Assembly (NCBI RefSeq): GCF_963676685.1
Contig: NC_092354.1
Location: 77,500,001-77,564,000, forward strand
Direction: 5' to 3'
DNA: 64,000 nt
Source: Mytilus edulis
Lineage: Eukaryota
The notes below the pieces were generated by a model, which saw only the letters and a program-made list of their open reading frames with translations, made no database searches and was not told the origin of the DNA. The position numbers and the translations under genes were made by a program. Positions within the stretch are counted from its first letter, which is position 1; every line of letters begins with the position of its first letter. Shown piece after piece: positions 43,401 to 54,575 of this stretch.

Positions 43401-46400
43401 TACGAGTCCGTAAATCTAGGGGCCCAATACAATCCCCTCTCCTCTGGATCAGGCTCGTAGGGATGATCAAAGTACAGGTGAGTTGCATGTGACATTATCA
43501 CCTACAAAATACAAAAATGTTGTCGTTGTTATACCCATGTTAGAAATAAAAAAAATTTAAGAGGGTCTAAATGCATATTCGCATTCATAAAATAACTGGG
43601 TAAGGTTTAAAGAATAGAGAATAATTGGCAAAATATGCAGAATAACGCGTCAACAATATTTTCGCAGACGTTAGGGACAAAAAAAATATATATATAATAT
43701 ATTAGAGAATAATAAGTTGGTGTCATTTAAGTGAAAGGTTTAACGCTATAAAACCAGGTTCAATCCACCATTTTCTACATTTAAAAATGCCTGTACCTAG
43801 CCAGGAATATGACAGTTGTTGCCCAATCGTTTGATGTGTTTTATCCACAGGCACTTGTCTCTGAAAAAAAATTTCCTATATACCTTATTATATAATAAGG
43901 TATATAGGGAAAAAAAATTCTGAGACAAGTGCCTGTGGTTTTATCCTTTGATTTTGCTATATGCTAATAGGGACTTTTCTGTTTTGAATTTTCCTCGGAG
44001 TTCAGTATTTTTGTGATTTTACTTTTTAAAGAACAGAAAATTTTGAGCAACAAGAATGTGTCCCTATTACACGGATGCCACATCCGCACTATCATTTTCT
44101 ATGTTCAGTAGACCATGAAAATGGGGGGGGGGGGGGGGGGGAATCTCTAATTTGGCATTAAAATTAATAGGATCATAAAAAATCTCGATTACAGAAAAAT
44201 GGTTCAAAAATATATGCAAAGAGAAAGACAATTTAGTGTGAATATAAACCAAAGTGGTTCAATTCTTCGAGATTTTCACTCGGGTAAAGAACTGTATCAA
44301 TATGGAAAAAGGAGGGAAACAAGATATACCTGCACAACAGTACCCTTATATCAAATTTAGGCAGTCTGGATCATAGTTTCTCAATAAGTTTCTAATAATT
44401 ATATGCACGAAGAATTAAGAACAATTATATGTAATAAATCATGTCAGTACCGAATCACTTAAACTTCTTGTGTTCTACAGAGTTTTAGAAATTTTATAAT
44501 ATCTTTCTGATTTACATTTGATGCAATGTTTCAATGAGCTATTATGGCTTTTGACGGAACATCGGACAGCGCTTTCGAAGAAGACATTTATAGTACTTAT
44601 AATGGATATAGGAAGATGTGGAATGGATGCCAATGAGACAACTCTCCATCTAACTCACAATTTATAAATGTAAACCATTATATGGTACTATACGGTCTTA
44701 AACACGGAGCCTAGGCTCACACCAGTCAGCAAGCTATAAAGGGCCTCAAACATTACTAGTGTAAAACCATCCGACTGGGAAAACGAACGGTCTAATCTAA
44801 ATAAAAAACGACGAAAACCTGCAAACGGTAAACACTTATGAACCACATAAACAAACATCAGATTCCTGACTAAGGATAAGTATACGTTACCTTGTAACCA
44901 GCGTTGGCATAGTTATACGCACGTCTGGCTTCTCCCCATTCCCAAACATTATCCCAGGCATTACTGTAGATGTGTTGGTTCTGATACATGCTTATATCAA
45001 ACGGCATACCATCTCCCGCGTTGAACCCATCCTCCCAACCAGCCATGTTAAGTCCATGAGTAAAAGTAATATTAGCTACGCGTTTAGTGAAATAGTTCTT
45101 TAATTCGTTTCTGATTGATGCAGCGTCTCCGGAAAAATTCAAATTAAGTTGGTCGCATTTTGTTGAATTTACCCATGCAGTTTTTGCAACCTCGTCGCCT
45201 CCGAAATGATATATGTTCAACGGATGGCCAGCATCAGTATGCATGGCTTTTAACTCAGAAACTACTTTTTCAATAAAAACGTATGTTGATTCAATGCAAG
45301 GATTAACTGCATTGTCTTTAAAATATTGTACAGATAAGAATTTAGACTCATTATCTGGATCTATCAATCTGTACTTCTCCGCTTCCATGTTATTTGTATT
45401 GCTGAAGTTCCGGTAGCGTGCCTCCATAGCGATGATAGCTGCGCGTGCATGCCCTGGTGTGTCTATTTCTGGAATTACTTCAATATGGCGTTTTTTAGCA
45501 TAGCTTAAAATATCTTTGTATTCTTGAATGGAGTAAAAACCTGAACCGGATGTAGTAGTATCAGGACCAGAGCCTAATTGTGGTATCAAGCAAACATCTT
45601 CAGTGTTACTATGACATCGTTTAGAGCCAACCTGAAAAGACAGAGTAGATAGTAAGGGTATTGAAAGATATGATCTTAGGTACTCGTTGAGTGACTGAGA
45701 GTAAAGCGTAGACATGCTCAGTTCTTTAGAAAAAGTGATATTAGCTATTGAGGACTGATATAAGGGAAATGACTCACAAATTCTGAAAAAAAAAAACATC
45801 ATTATTCCATCATTTGTTTTTAAGTTTTATTTTATTTTCTACTTTCGTCACACATGTCACAGTTGTATATAAAAAGATGTGGTATGATTACCAATGAAAC
45901 AACTCTCCACAACAGACCGATATGATACAGAAATTAACAACTATAGGTCACCGTACGGCCTTCAACAATGAACAAAGCCCATACCGCAAAGTCAGCTATA
46001 AAAGTCCACGAAATCACAATTTAAAACAATTCAAACGAGAAAAATAACGGCATATTTTATATTTATTCATTTCTCTGTACAACCTCACATATTTTAGTTT
46101 TCAATTTCTTTTTATCTTGTCAAACAATACACTGATTTATTTCATTTTAGTTGCATAACTTTTATTTGTCCAACTTATAACAAGAGTGTCATTGAATCTG
46201 CGTAGTTATATCAGACATAATAAATAATTTCATTTTCACAAATAAGTCGGTTAAGTATGATATGGAGGTAGTATTATCAAATTCACATAATTCAAACAGT
46301 AGTGCACCTGAAAACCTGATCTGTAATGTTTGCTATAATATATACTGAGAAGACGAAATGTTGCTTAATAAGGGGATAATTTAGTCATTTGGCGAGAAGG

Positions 46401-49400
46401 AGAAATTGTTTCATTCTCAATAAAGTCTGTCCTTGAAAAGCATGGAGTCAAAATAAATATAAGTGACCAAACTTTATTATAATACCAACCTTATATTAAC
46501 TTAAAATCAAACCAGAGAACACATATAAGCCACAATGCGCTTAAAACTTACAATTCAATGTGACTTTAAAAATTTTAAATCTCGCAGATTCAAATTTAAC
46601 TAAAACGACATCCAGTTACCATACGTTATAAGCACCAAACTAATATGACAAAATAAAACAAAGGGTCAAAATGTGTAAGAAACCCACACCAAAATTCAAA
46701 GGCAAATTCAATTAAATATACATGTTTACCCAAAGGTCACTATATTAAAGACACAAACAGGACACAATAAGCGTCAAACGCCCCATTGAAATAAAATGAC
46801 ACCTAGCTGTCATCAAACGCTTAAAACTTGAAATCTTGCCATCAGTCAAGTATCAATACAATGAAACATATAAAATAGTTCAATTATTGGTTATGTATCT
46901 ATACTATTAAACGAGAAGATCTCATTTTGTGTGTCGCTTCTCTTCCTTCCACAATAAATCAATCACCATGCCTCTTTGTCCTATAGGTAACATGCATAGT
47001 CGCATTTGTCATCCATTCTTATGATTATTCAGATTGAGTTCTTTTGGGAGACAAGAGTGCACACACTGAAATGTCTCGCCTTCTTTACTAATCATTGATA
47101 TTATGTTGATACTCCTAAATATAAAGCTTTATTACGACTGTCAGATAAACTTAACATGAACCATGAAAATGAGGTCAAGGTCAGTTGAACCATATGCCAG
47201 ACAGACATGTACAGCTAACAATGCTTCCATACAATATAGTTGACCTATTGCTTATAGTTTAAGAAAATAGACCAAGACACAAAAACTTAACACTGAGCAA
47301 TGAACTGTGAAAACCAGGTCAAGGTCAAATAAAACCTGCACGACTGACATATAGATCTTAAAATATTTCAATACACCAAATATAGTTGACCTATGACATC
47401 AAGTATTAGATAAAAAGACCAAAACTCAAAAACTTAACTTTGACCACTGAACCATAAAAATGAGGTCAAGGTCAGATGACATCTGCCCGCTAGACATGTA
47501 CACCTTACAATCATTCCATACAACAAATATAGCAAACCTATTGCATAAAGTATGAGAAAAACAGACCAAAACACAAAAACTTAACTATAACCACTGAACC
47601 ATGAAAATGAGGTCAAGGTCAGATGACACCTGCCAGTTGGACATGTACACCTTACAGTCCTTCCATACACCGAATATACTAGACCTATTGCTTATAGTAT
47701 CTGAGATATGGACTTGACCACCAAAACTTAACCTTGTTCACTGATCCATGAAATGAGGTCGAGGTCAAGTGAAAACTATCTGACGGGCATGAGGACCTTG
47801 CAAGGTACGCGCATACTAAATATAGTTATCCTATTACTTACAGTAAGAGAGAATTTAACATTATAAAAAATCTGAACTTTTTTTTCAAGTGGTCACTGAA
47901 CCATGAAAATGAGGTCAATGACAATGGACATGTGAGTGACGGAAACTTCGTAACATGAGGCATCTATATACAAAATATGAAGCATCCAGGTCTTCCACCT
48001 TCTAAAATATATAGCTTTTAAGAAGTGAGCTAACACCGCCGCCGTAGCCGCCGCCGGATCACTATCCCTATGTCGAGCTTTCTGCAACAAAAGTTGCAGG
48101 CTCGACAAAAAACGACAAAAAGGAGTCCGGATATGATTCCGTCATAAGACTGAATTTTAGTCATAGATAAGACTTCCGGTTTGAAACATGCACAAATACA
48201 ACCAATCGTATGATAGATAACAAAAATGAAAAATAGATAAGTCAATCAGAGCGTTCTCCATATCGTGGTGTTTAGATCACAAGAACCACAACTATTATAG
48301 GTATAATAGTTGTTATTTTTGCGATCTAAACACCATGATATGGAGAGCGCTCTACGATTGGTTGTACTTGTGTCACATATTTTACTTATTCTAATATAAA
48401 TGCAACTGGTATGACCCCTTAAATAGTAAACATTTAAAAAAAAACAGTAGACAGAATACAGAGAGTCTCTTTATATTAAAGTAGTAAAATCGTAGTTTAC
48501 ATGTAGATAAACGCGAAAAATAATTGTCCTCTCTAAGGAGGTATAATATTCTGTCTACTGTTTTTTTTTTAAATGTTTACTATTTAAGGGGTCATACCAG
48601 TTGCATTTATATCAAAATAAGTAAAATATGTGACACAAGTACAACCAATCGTAGAGCGCTCTCCATATCATGGTGTTTAGATCGCAAAAATAACAACTAT
48701 TATACCTCCTTAGAGAAGACAAATATTTTTCGCGTTTATCTACATGTAAACTACGATTATACTACTTTAATATACAGACTGAGACTCTCTGTATTCTGTC
48801 AGGGAATTTCTATGTTAGTATAGAAAGTCCCTGATGCTGTTTACTGTTTTCTTTGAAATGTTTACTATTTAAGGGGTCATACCACTTGCATATATATTAA
48901 AATAAGTAAAACATGCTCAACTTCATCTAAAACTACCTCGTCCAAAAACTTTTACCTGAAGTGGGACAGACGGACGAGACGGACGGACGGACGATCGAAC
49001 AAACAAACGCACGGATGCACAGACTAGAAAACATAATGCCCATAATTGGGGCATAAAAATTATTTGTTAAAAGGGAAAATAGTGATTTGGCAAAAATGAA
49101 AGTAAGGTAGAGATTAGAGGGAGGCAGGACCTTTTTTGTGGCGTCGGGATCGGGTGTTTTTAAGCTCGGGATTTGGGGATTGATCCTTACGGGATCCGGG
49201 AATATATTTTTCGATTTCGGGATATGAATTTCTTTAAATTCTGCATCTCGGGATTTCATGGTTTTAAGCCCGGGATTTCGGGATCAGGACCCCTCCGATC
49301 GACAACCCCTCAAATTAGCCTTAGTCGGTATTAGTCATTTATACATGATTCAAATCCTACCATTGGCATGTTAATAAGGCTATAAAAAAAAAAGCACTGA

Positions 49401-51297
49401 TAGATTGTCATAGAAGCATATTTTTTAGACTAATAATGGTCTATATATAAGCAGTTACATTTATTTCATGTTTGACACGGTGCAAATTTTTAATTTGATT
49501 TGACTTTTACCAAAAGAAGCATTGTAGCAAAGAAGAAGAATAATTGTGGTTGTAGGCCAGAAACACGAATATAATTGAATTCAACAGAAAGGAAACAAAT
49601 ATCGGACTTTGGAAAAAGGGAGATACCTTTATGTTATTCTCCATACATAATATCTTTTACAAAAAAACAGTTCACAAGCTGTATATGCCCGCGCGATTTC
49701 GCGGGTGTGTTCTAGTATACATTTAACATTGGAAATGGTTCTATATTTGACTAACCTGAGTTAATTCTGGTAAACCATTAATTTCAATTCTCCAGCCTTC
49801 GTCGTCGGCCAGGTGGAGATGTAATTTGTTCAGTTTATACATTGCCATTGAGTCCATCAGTTTTTCGAGAACGTTCTTTGAAACAAAATTTCTTGCAACA
49901 TCAATAAACATCCCTCTGAATTCAAATCGAGGCTCATCTCGGATCTCAACCTGTGGTATACTGAGGCCATGTGACAAAAGACTAAGTAGAGATTGGACAC
50001 CATATAACACACCAGCATTTGTCTTTCCATATATGGTAACAGTTTTTGCTGATGGATTCACAGTTAAACTATATCCCTCCGCAGAAAGTATGGTGCTGTT
50101 TATAGACAAATATATATTGACTCCATTAGCCGAAGCTGTGGCACTGCTATCAAAGTTATATTTATCTGCAAAGTGATTTTGTAAAACATTATTTAGATAT
50201 TATGAAAGAAAATTATATCATTGTTATTCTAAATAATATTAACATACGTACGCCTTTGTTACGTTTTAATTACTGAAGATTTACAGAAACCACTTTTCAA
50301 GACAAATTGTCATTCGGAAAACATAACACAAAGACTTATATATGAATGTAGATACTTAACATTTCCATACGATTATCATGTTGAAGCATTGAAACATATT
50401 GTATCAGAGCATAATATGTTTTTTTTTCTTTTCATAAAACAATATTTCATTGCAAAATACCCCATACCTTACAGTGCATATTAATGGAAAACATTTTAAT
50501 TCAATTTAGTAAACTAAAAACTTTTAAAAAATAACTGATTTTATGACATCCCCTTTCCCTCCCCCGCTGAAGTTAAATGGTTGCTCCCTTACCTGTAAGA
50601 AATGCTGCTTCATTGTCAAGTCCACTGTGAACTATTGTCACCTTTCCAGTTATATTGAGCAGTTTAGATGTGTCAAGGTTAGTTATTTCTTTTGGAGTCG
50701 GTATGACCATTTTTATCTGGACATCAGTTTTTGTTGTTTTATAACGTTGATAACGTGACATTGGAGAATAAGGGTCATATTTATCTTCTTTCTTTCGCTT
50801 CCATTGTTTTGCGCTGGTAAACTCCCCAACAAATCCTTCCTTAGTACTATCGATAACACGTGCATTTAGTCCGTCTGCTGAGATGTACCAGTTTGGTGGA
50901 ATGTCTGTTTTAGACACAGCCCAATTAGCGGCATAAAATGTTATTTCTCTCGTTCCATTTTGAGGTAACTCTTTGAATCCGGTTGTAGGTGTCATTGAGT
51001 AGAGACAGCCGTTTTCGTGCATTACTTTGAGATTGACATTCGGAAGCGTATATCCTTCGGGCTTAGTATACAGACCATCTTTCGAAAGGATATGCTTAGA
51101 TTCTACAATGAAAAAACTAAAAAAATATATTTTCCAGTTGACACCTGTCAGAGACTTTGGTGCCTTATTGTTGAACGTCACTTTAAAGAGATGTCGACTT
51201 CCATCATCAAGGTTCTCCACCATGTCAACTTTAATGTCCAAACCGGAAGCGATCTGGTCTAAATCGGATTGAGTTGCTATCTGTGAATTTACATAAC
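40275..51297 (-). CDS. GH20 beta-N-acetylhexosaminidase of bacterial chitobiase architecture, probably GPI-anchored; first (signal-peptide) exon not located
   Basis: Exons 50593-51297, 49756-50165, 44891-45631, 43261-43501, 42655-42907, 41257-41385 and 40275-40410 join in phase (about 870 aa). Motifs: DEPRFEFRGMFIDVARNF, KLNKLHLHLADDEGWRIEI, IPEIDTPGHA, catalytic HFGGDE, LYFDHPYEPDPEERGLYWA, QGHLWSE, FPRLLALAERAW, YRVPPPG, FPGLSVEYSTD, SADGKRTSR, then a hydrophobic tail. Confidence 0.93.
41257..41385 (-). CDS. Hexosaminidase exon F (C-terminal Ig-like domain)
   Basis: LDGDEIKPNTAFPGLSVEYSTDSQTWKSGTIPYTGSPVYLRTK; TTGTAG / AA|GTAGGT. Confidence 0.85.
41401..41668 (+). mobile_element. Penelope-like 3'-tail fragment
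   Basis: Near-identical reverse complement of 7266-7535. Confidence 0.75.
41885..42700. repeat. Degenerate ~50-55-bp tandem array derived from the exon E / intron junction
   Basis: Recurrent (g)taagctacat.cct..cc..ggrraagga.ttctttactttattc units; the terminal unit is the true exon end plus donor. Confidence 0.7.
42655..42907 (-). CDS. Hexosaminidase exon E
   Basis: MQGHLWSETV...FPRLLALAERAWH...YRVPPPGG; TATTAG / AG|GTATGT. Confidence 0.92.
43261..43501 (-). CDS. Hexosaminidase exon D
   Basis: VIMSHATHLYFDHPYEPDPEERGLYWAPRF...ENIAG; TTGTAG / G|GTGTGT. Confidence 0.92.
43846..43937. mobile_element. 92-bp foldback MITE with an 8-bp TSD, nested in a SINE
   Basis: CACAGGCACTTGTCTC...GAGACAAGTGCCTGTG, near-palindromic through the centre ccttattatataataagg; TSD GTTTTATC at 43838-43845 and 43938-43945. 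Confidence 0.88.
44891..45631 (-). CDS. Hexosaminidase exon C (catalytic HFGGDE)
   Basis: VGSKRCH...IPEIDTPGHARAAI...HFGGDEV...GWEDG...ANAGYK; TTTCAG / AAG|GTAACG. Confidence 0.93.
46898..49715 (+). mobile_element. Non-autonomous Helitron copy 1 (composite)
   Basis: A|TCTATACT ... subterminal hairpin CCCGCG(CG)ATTTCGCGGG ... CTAG|T; homologous to 60325-61898 in inverted orientation. Confidence 0.88.
47051..48110 (-). mobile_element. HINE with ~130-bp tandem repeats nested in Helitron copy 1
   Basis: Absent from Helitron copy 2 (empty site gggag|aaaaacgac). Terminal hairpin TGTCGAGCCTGCAAC...GTTGCAGAAAGCTCGACA, GCC microsatellite, repeats of aaccatgaaaatgaggtcaaggtca...gacatgtacacc. Confidence 0.8.
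49756..50165 (-). CDS. Hexosaminidase exon B (GH20b and start of the catalytic barrel)
   Basis: ...AEGYSLTV...AGVLYGVQSLLSL...DEPRFEFRG...LPELTQ; TTGCAG / CAG|GTTAGT. Confidence 0.92.
50593..51297 (-). CDS. Hexosaminidase exon A (CHB_HEX-type N-terminal domain)
   Basis: GYVNSQIATQSDLDQIASGLDIKVD...WKIYF...NWAVSKTDIPPNWY...VIPTPKE; TTGCAG / G|GTAAGG. Confidence 0.88.
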
Positions 51298-51342
51298 CTG
51301 CAATAGAAAAAACGTTCCAATATCATGTTGGGGAGCAATTTG

Positions 51343-51379
<37 letters not shown>

Positions 51380-51759
51380 GACTCAAACTCAGAAGCGATT
51401 TGATAATAATCGGGTTGTGTTACTACTAGTATATATTTGTGAATTTACATAACCTACAATAGAAAAAAAAACTTCTTATTTCATGTTAGGGTGCAATTCG
51501 TTTTAAAATCAAACTAAAACTCAGGAGCGATTTGAAGTAAGTCATGTTGCGTCACTATCTGTCAATTTAACATAACCATTCATGAGTTCAGTTTTCTTTT
51601 CTAACAAATAATCAGATATATAGTTATATGGTACAAAGGGTATTACAAATGTAAAGTAATCGTCAAATACACAGCTACATTATAACCAACGGAGATTTAG
51701 AGTATTTCTCATTCAATACAATCATGATAATCTTATTATGAACAGACGGTTTGAAGTCT

Positions 51760-54575
51760 AAAAAAACTTTAGATAAAGCAATTATTGCACATAGAAAGAA
51801 AATGACAAATAAAAATTAACACATTGGAATCCAATAACTCAAAAGATTATTGGAAATTACTTAACAGTAGAAAAAAGAGAGACCAACCTGACATCCCTAT
51901 CAACAAATTATTCGATTTTTTCAAAAATCTGAACGCCGCCCCAGAAATTGAAGAAAATACAGATTTTCCAACTCTAAACCCGAATGATGTCGATAGGCTT
52001 AATGGAAATTTAAACAGAAGAATTTCTAAAGACGAAATTCTTAACGGCTTCAGAAACCTGAAAAATAATAAAGCATTTGGGGATGATCGTATAATTTTAT
52101 TAAAGTGTCTCGTATTGATCTTACAAACGAATATATCAAGTCTACAGCTAGTTTGTTCATTGAATTATACGAAAATTATTTAACGTTATATTTCTCACTG
52201 GTATTATACCTGACAGTTGGCTAATTGGTTACATTAAGCCTGTTTATAAAAATAAAGGTAGCAAGTTGGACCCCAAAAATTGAAGACCAATTACCATTTT
52301 GAGTTAATTTGTATGGGGACACTTTTTACCGCAAGTTTATGCGAGCGACTAATATAAAAAAGAAGATGTGGTATGATTGCTAATGAGAACACTATCCACA
52401 AAAGACCAAAATGACACAGACATTAACAACTATAGGTCACCGTACGGCCTTCAACAATGAGCAAAGCCTATACCGCATAGTCAGCTATAAAAGTCCCCGA
52501 TAAGACAATGTAAAACAATTCAAATGAGAAATCTAACGGCCTTATTTATGTAAAAAAAAATGAACGAAAAACAAATATGTAACACATAAACAAACTACAA
52601 CCACTGAATTACAGGCTCCTGACTTGGGACAGGCACATATATAAATTATGTGGCAGGGTTAAACATGTTAGCGGGATCCCAACTCGCCCCCTAACCTGGG
52701 ACAGTGGTTTAACAGTTCAACATAAGAACGAACTATAAAAATTCAGTTGAAAAAAGCTTAACTCATCAGATGGACAAAAATAAATCTTTTCCCTAAAAAA
52801 ATCATTTTTTAAACGAAAACCAATGTGGTTTTAGAAAGGGTTATTCAAAAACCGATAATTATTTGTGATTCATACATTGTTTGAAATTAAAAAAGAAAAA
52901 AAAAACTGTTTTGTGCATTCGTCGATTTCGAAAAGGCTTTTGACAAGATATAGCGAGATGTACTGTGGTACCAAATGCTTTTAAATAATATGAATGGATG
53001 CATGTATAATGTAATTGTAAAAATGTATCAAGGTACAAAGTCATGTATTTCATATAACAATGCCTTAACTGATTTCTTCCCATGTAGTAACGGGGTTAGA
53101 CAAGGCGAACATTTATCGCCTTTTATTTTTTTTAATTTTTGAATGATCTTGATTCTTTTTTGCAAAACTGTAACCTCGAGGGTCTAAAATCAGTGTCAAA
53201 AAAGATTGAGGAAAAACTTGACATTTTTTTTAAAACTTTTTATCATTCTGTACGCTGATGATACTGTTTTGAGGGCCGAATCAGAAACTGAACTCCAAAA
53301 ACGTTTAGATTGTTTCCAAGATTACACAGATGTACTGTATGGAAGCTAAAAGTTAATGTTGATAAAACAAAGGTCGTGTTTTTTTCAAGGAGACGACCAT
53401 CATGTAATTTTTAATTTTTATTTAATTGCAAAAAACTGGATATTGTTGATGAATTTAACTACTTAGGAATAGTTCTAACAAGAACAGGCAATTTTAATAA
53501 AACAAAACAGTTTAATGTAGAAAAAGCTACCAAGGCTCTTTACGAAGTGTTAAGACTAGGTCGTCTACATAATCTTTCTATATGTAGTCAGCTGGATTTA
53601 TTTGATAAAATGGTAAAGCCAATACTACTGTACGGTTGTGAAGTATGGGGTATTGGCAATAACGACATGATTGAAAGGGTACATCTAAAATTCTGTAAAT
53701 TGTTATTAAGTCTGAAAACATCGACACCCTCTTATATGATTTATGGGGAGCTTGGGAGATATCCTATAGACCTGGACATAAAAACTAGATTGATTTCATT
53801 TTGGGGAAATTTAACTCGGGTAAAGAGACCAAACTATCATATATTTTATATAAATTGTGCTATCACATGTCTAATAATGACAATGTGAATTTTTCATGGT
53901 TAAACAGAATAAAGACTATTCTGAATGAATGTGGTATCCCAAAATGGGAAACGCAATCTTTTATAAATTGCAAGCGGTGTGTTTCATTCATCCAGCTTAG
54001 ACTTAAAGGTCACCATGTACAAGTCGTGCATTCTTTACTTGAAAACTCGCCAAATGCACTAAATTACAAACTTTTTAAAGATTTTTTTGAAAAAGAAGGT
54101 TATTTTGAAATTCTTGGGAACAAACTGTCTATTGATTTGTGTAGATTTAGGACCACAAATCACAAGCTCCCTATTGAACAGGGTAGATGGAACAATATAG
54201 TTAGAAAAAATAGAATTTGTCTTCTATGTAACTAAAATGATATTGGTGATGAATTGCATTATATATTAGAATGTAAATACTTTAAAGAAAACAGGAAACA
54301 ATGTCTGTCACGTTATTATTTAAAAAATGCAATTATTGTCAAATACAAACAGATTATGTCTCCAAAAAACAAATCAGACTTGATTAAACTATGTAAATTC
54401 ATAAATATTATTAACACAGGTGTATATGCTCCTGGCTAACATGGACTTCATACATGTATATTGTCTTAGCAACTATTTTTGTTTGTTCGGTCTTGTTGTA
54501 AATATTGTACACAATTGTCTTTTCTTTCCCTATGTATATGGTTTATTGAGAATAAAGATATATATAAGTCTTTCT
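51760..54575 (+). pseudogene. Degenerate 5'-truncated RTE-X-like LINE ORF2, interrupted by a SINE
   Basis: Frameshifted fragments: LKNNKA.G.D, GVRQGE.LSP, LYADD, LLYGCEVWG, YGELGRYP, FRTTNHKLPIEQGRW, CLLC..GDELHYILEC. Confidence 0.85.
52353..52780 (-). mobile_element. Nin/Deu-domain SINE
   Basis: Reverse complement of the 27808-28213 family (caggctcctgacttgggacaggcac; aaacatgttagcgggatcccaac). Confidence 0.78.

Noticed and set aside
40275-51297. Bacterial contamination explaining the chitobiase-like gene
   Set aside because: The gene is split by six GT-AG introns full of host repeats.
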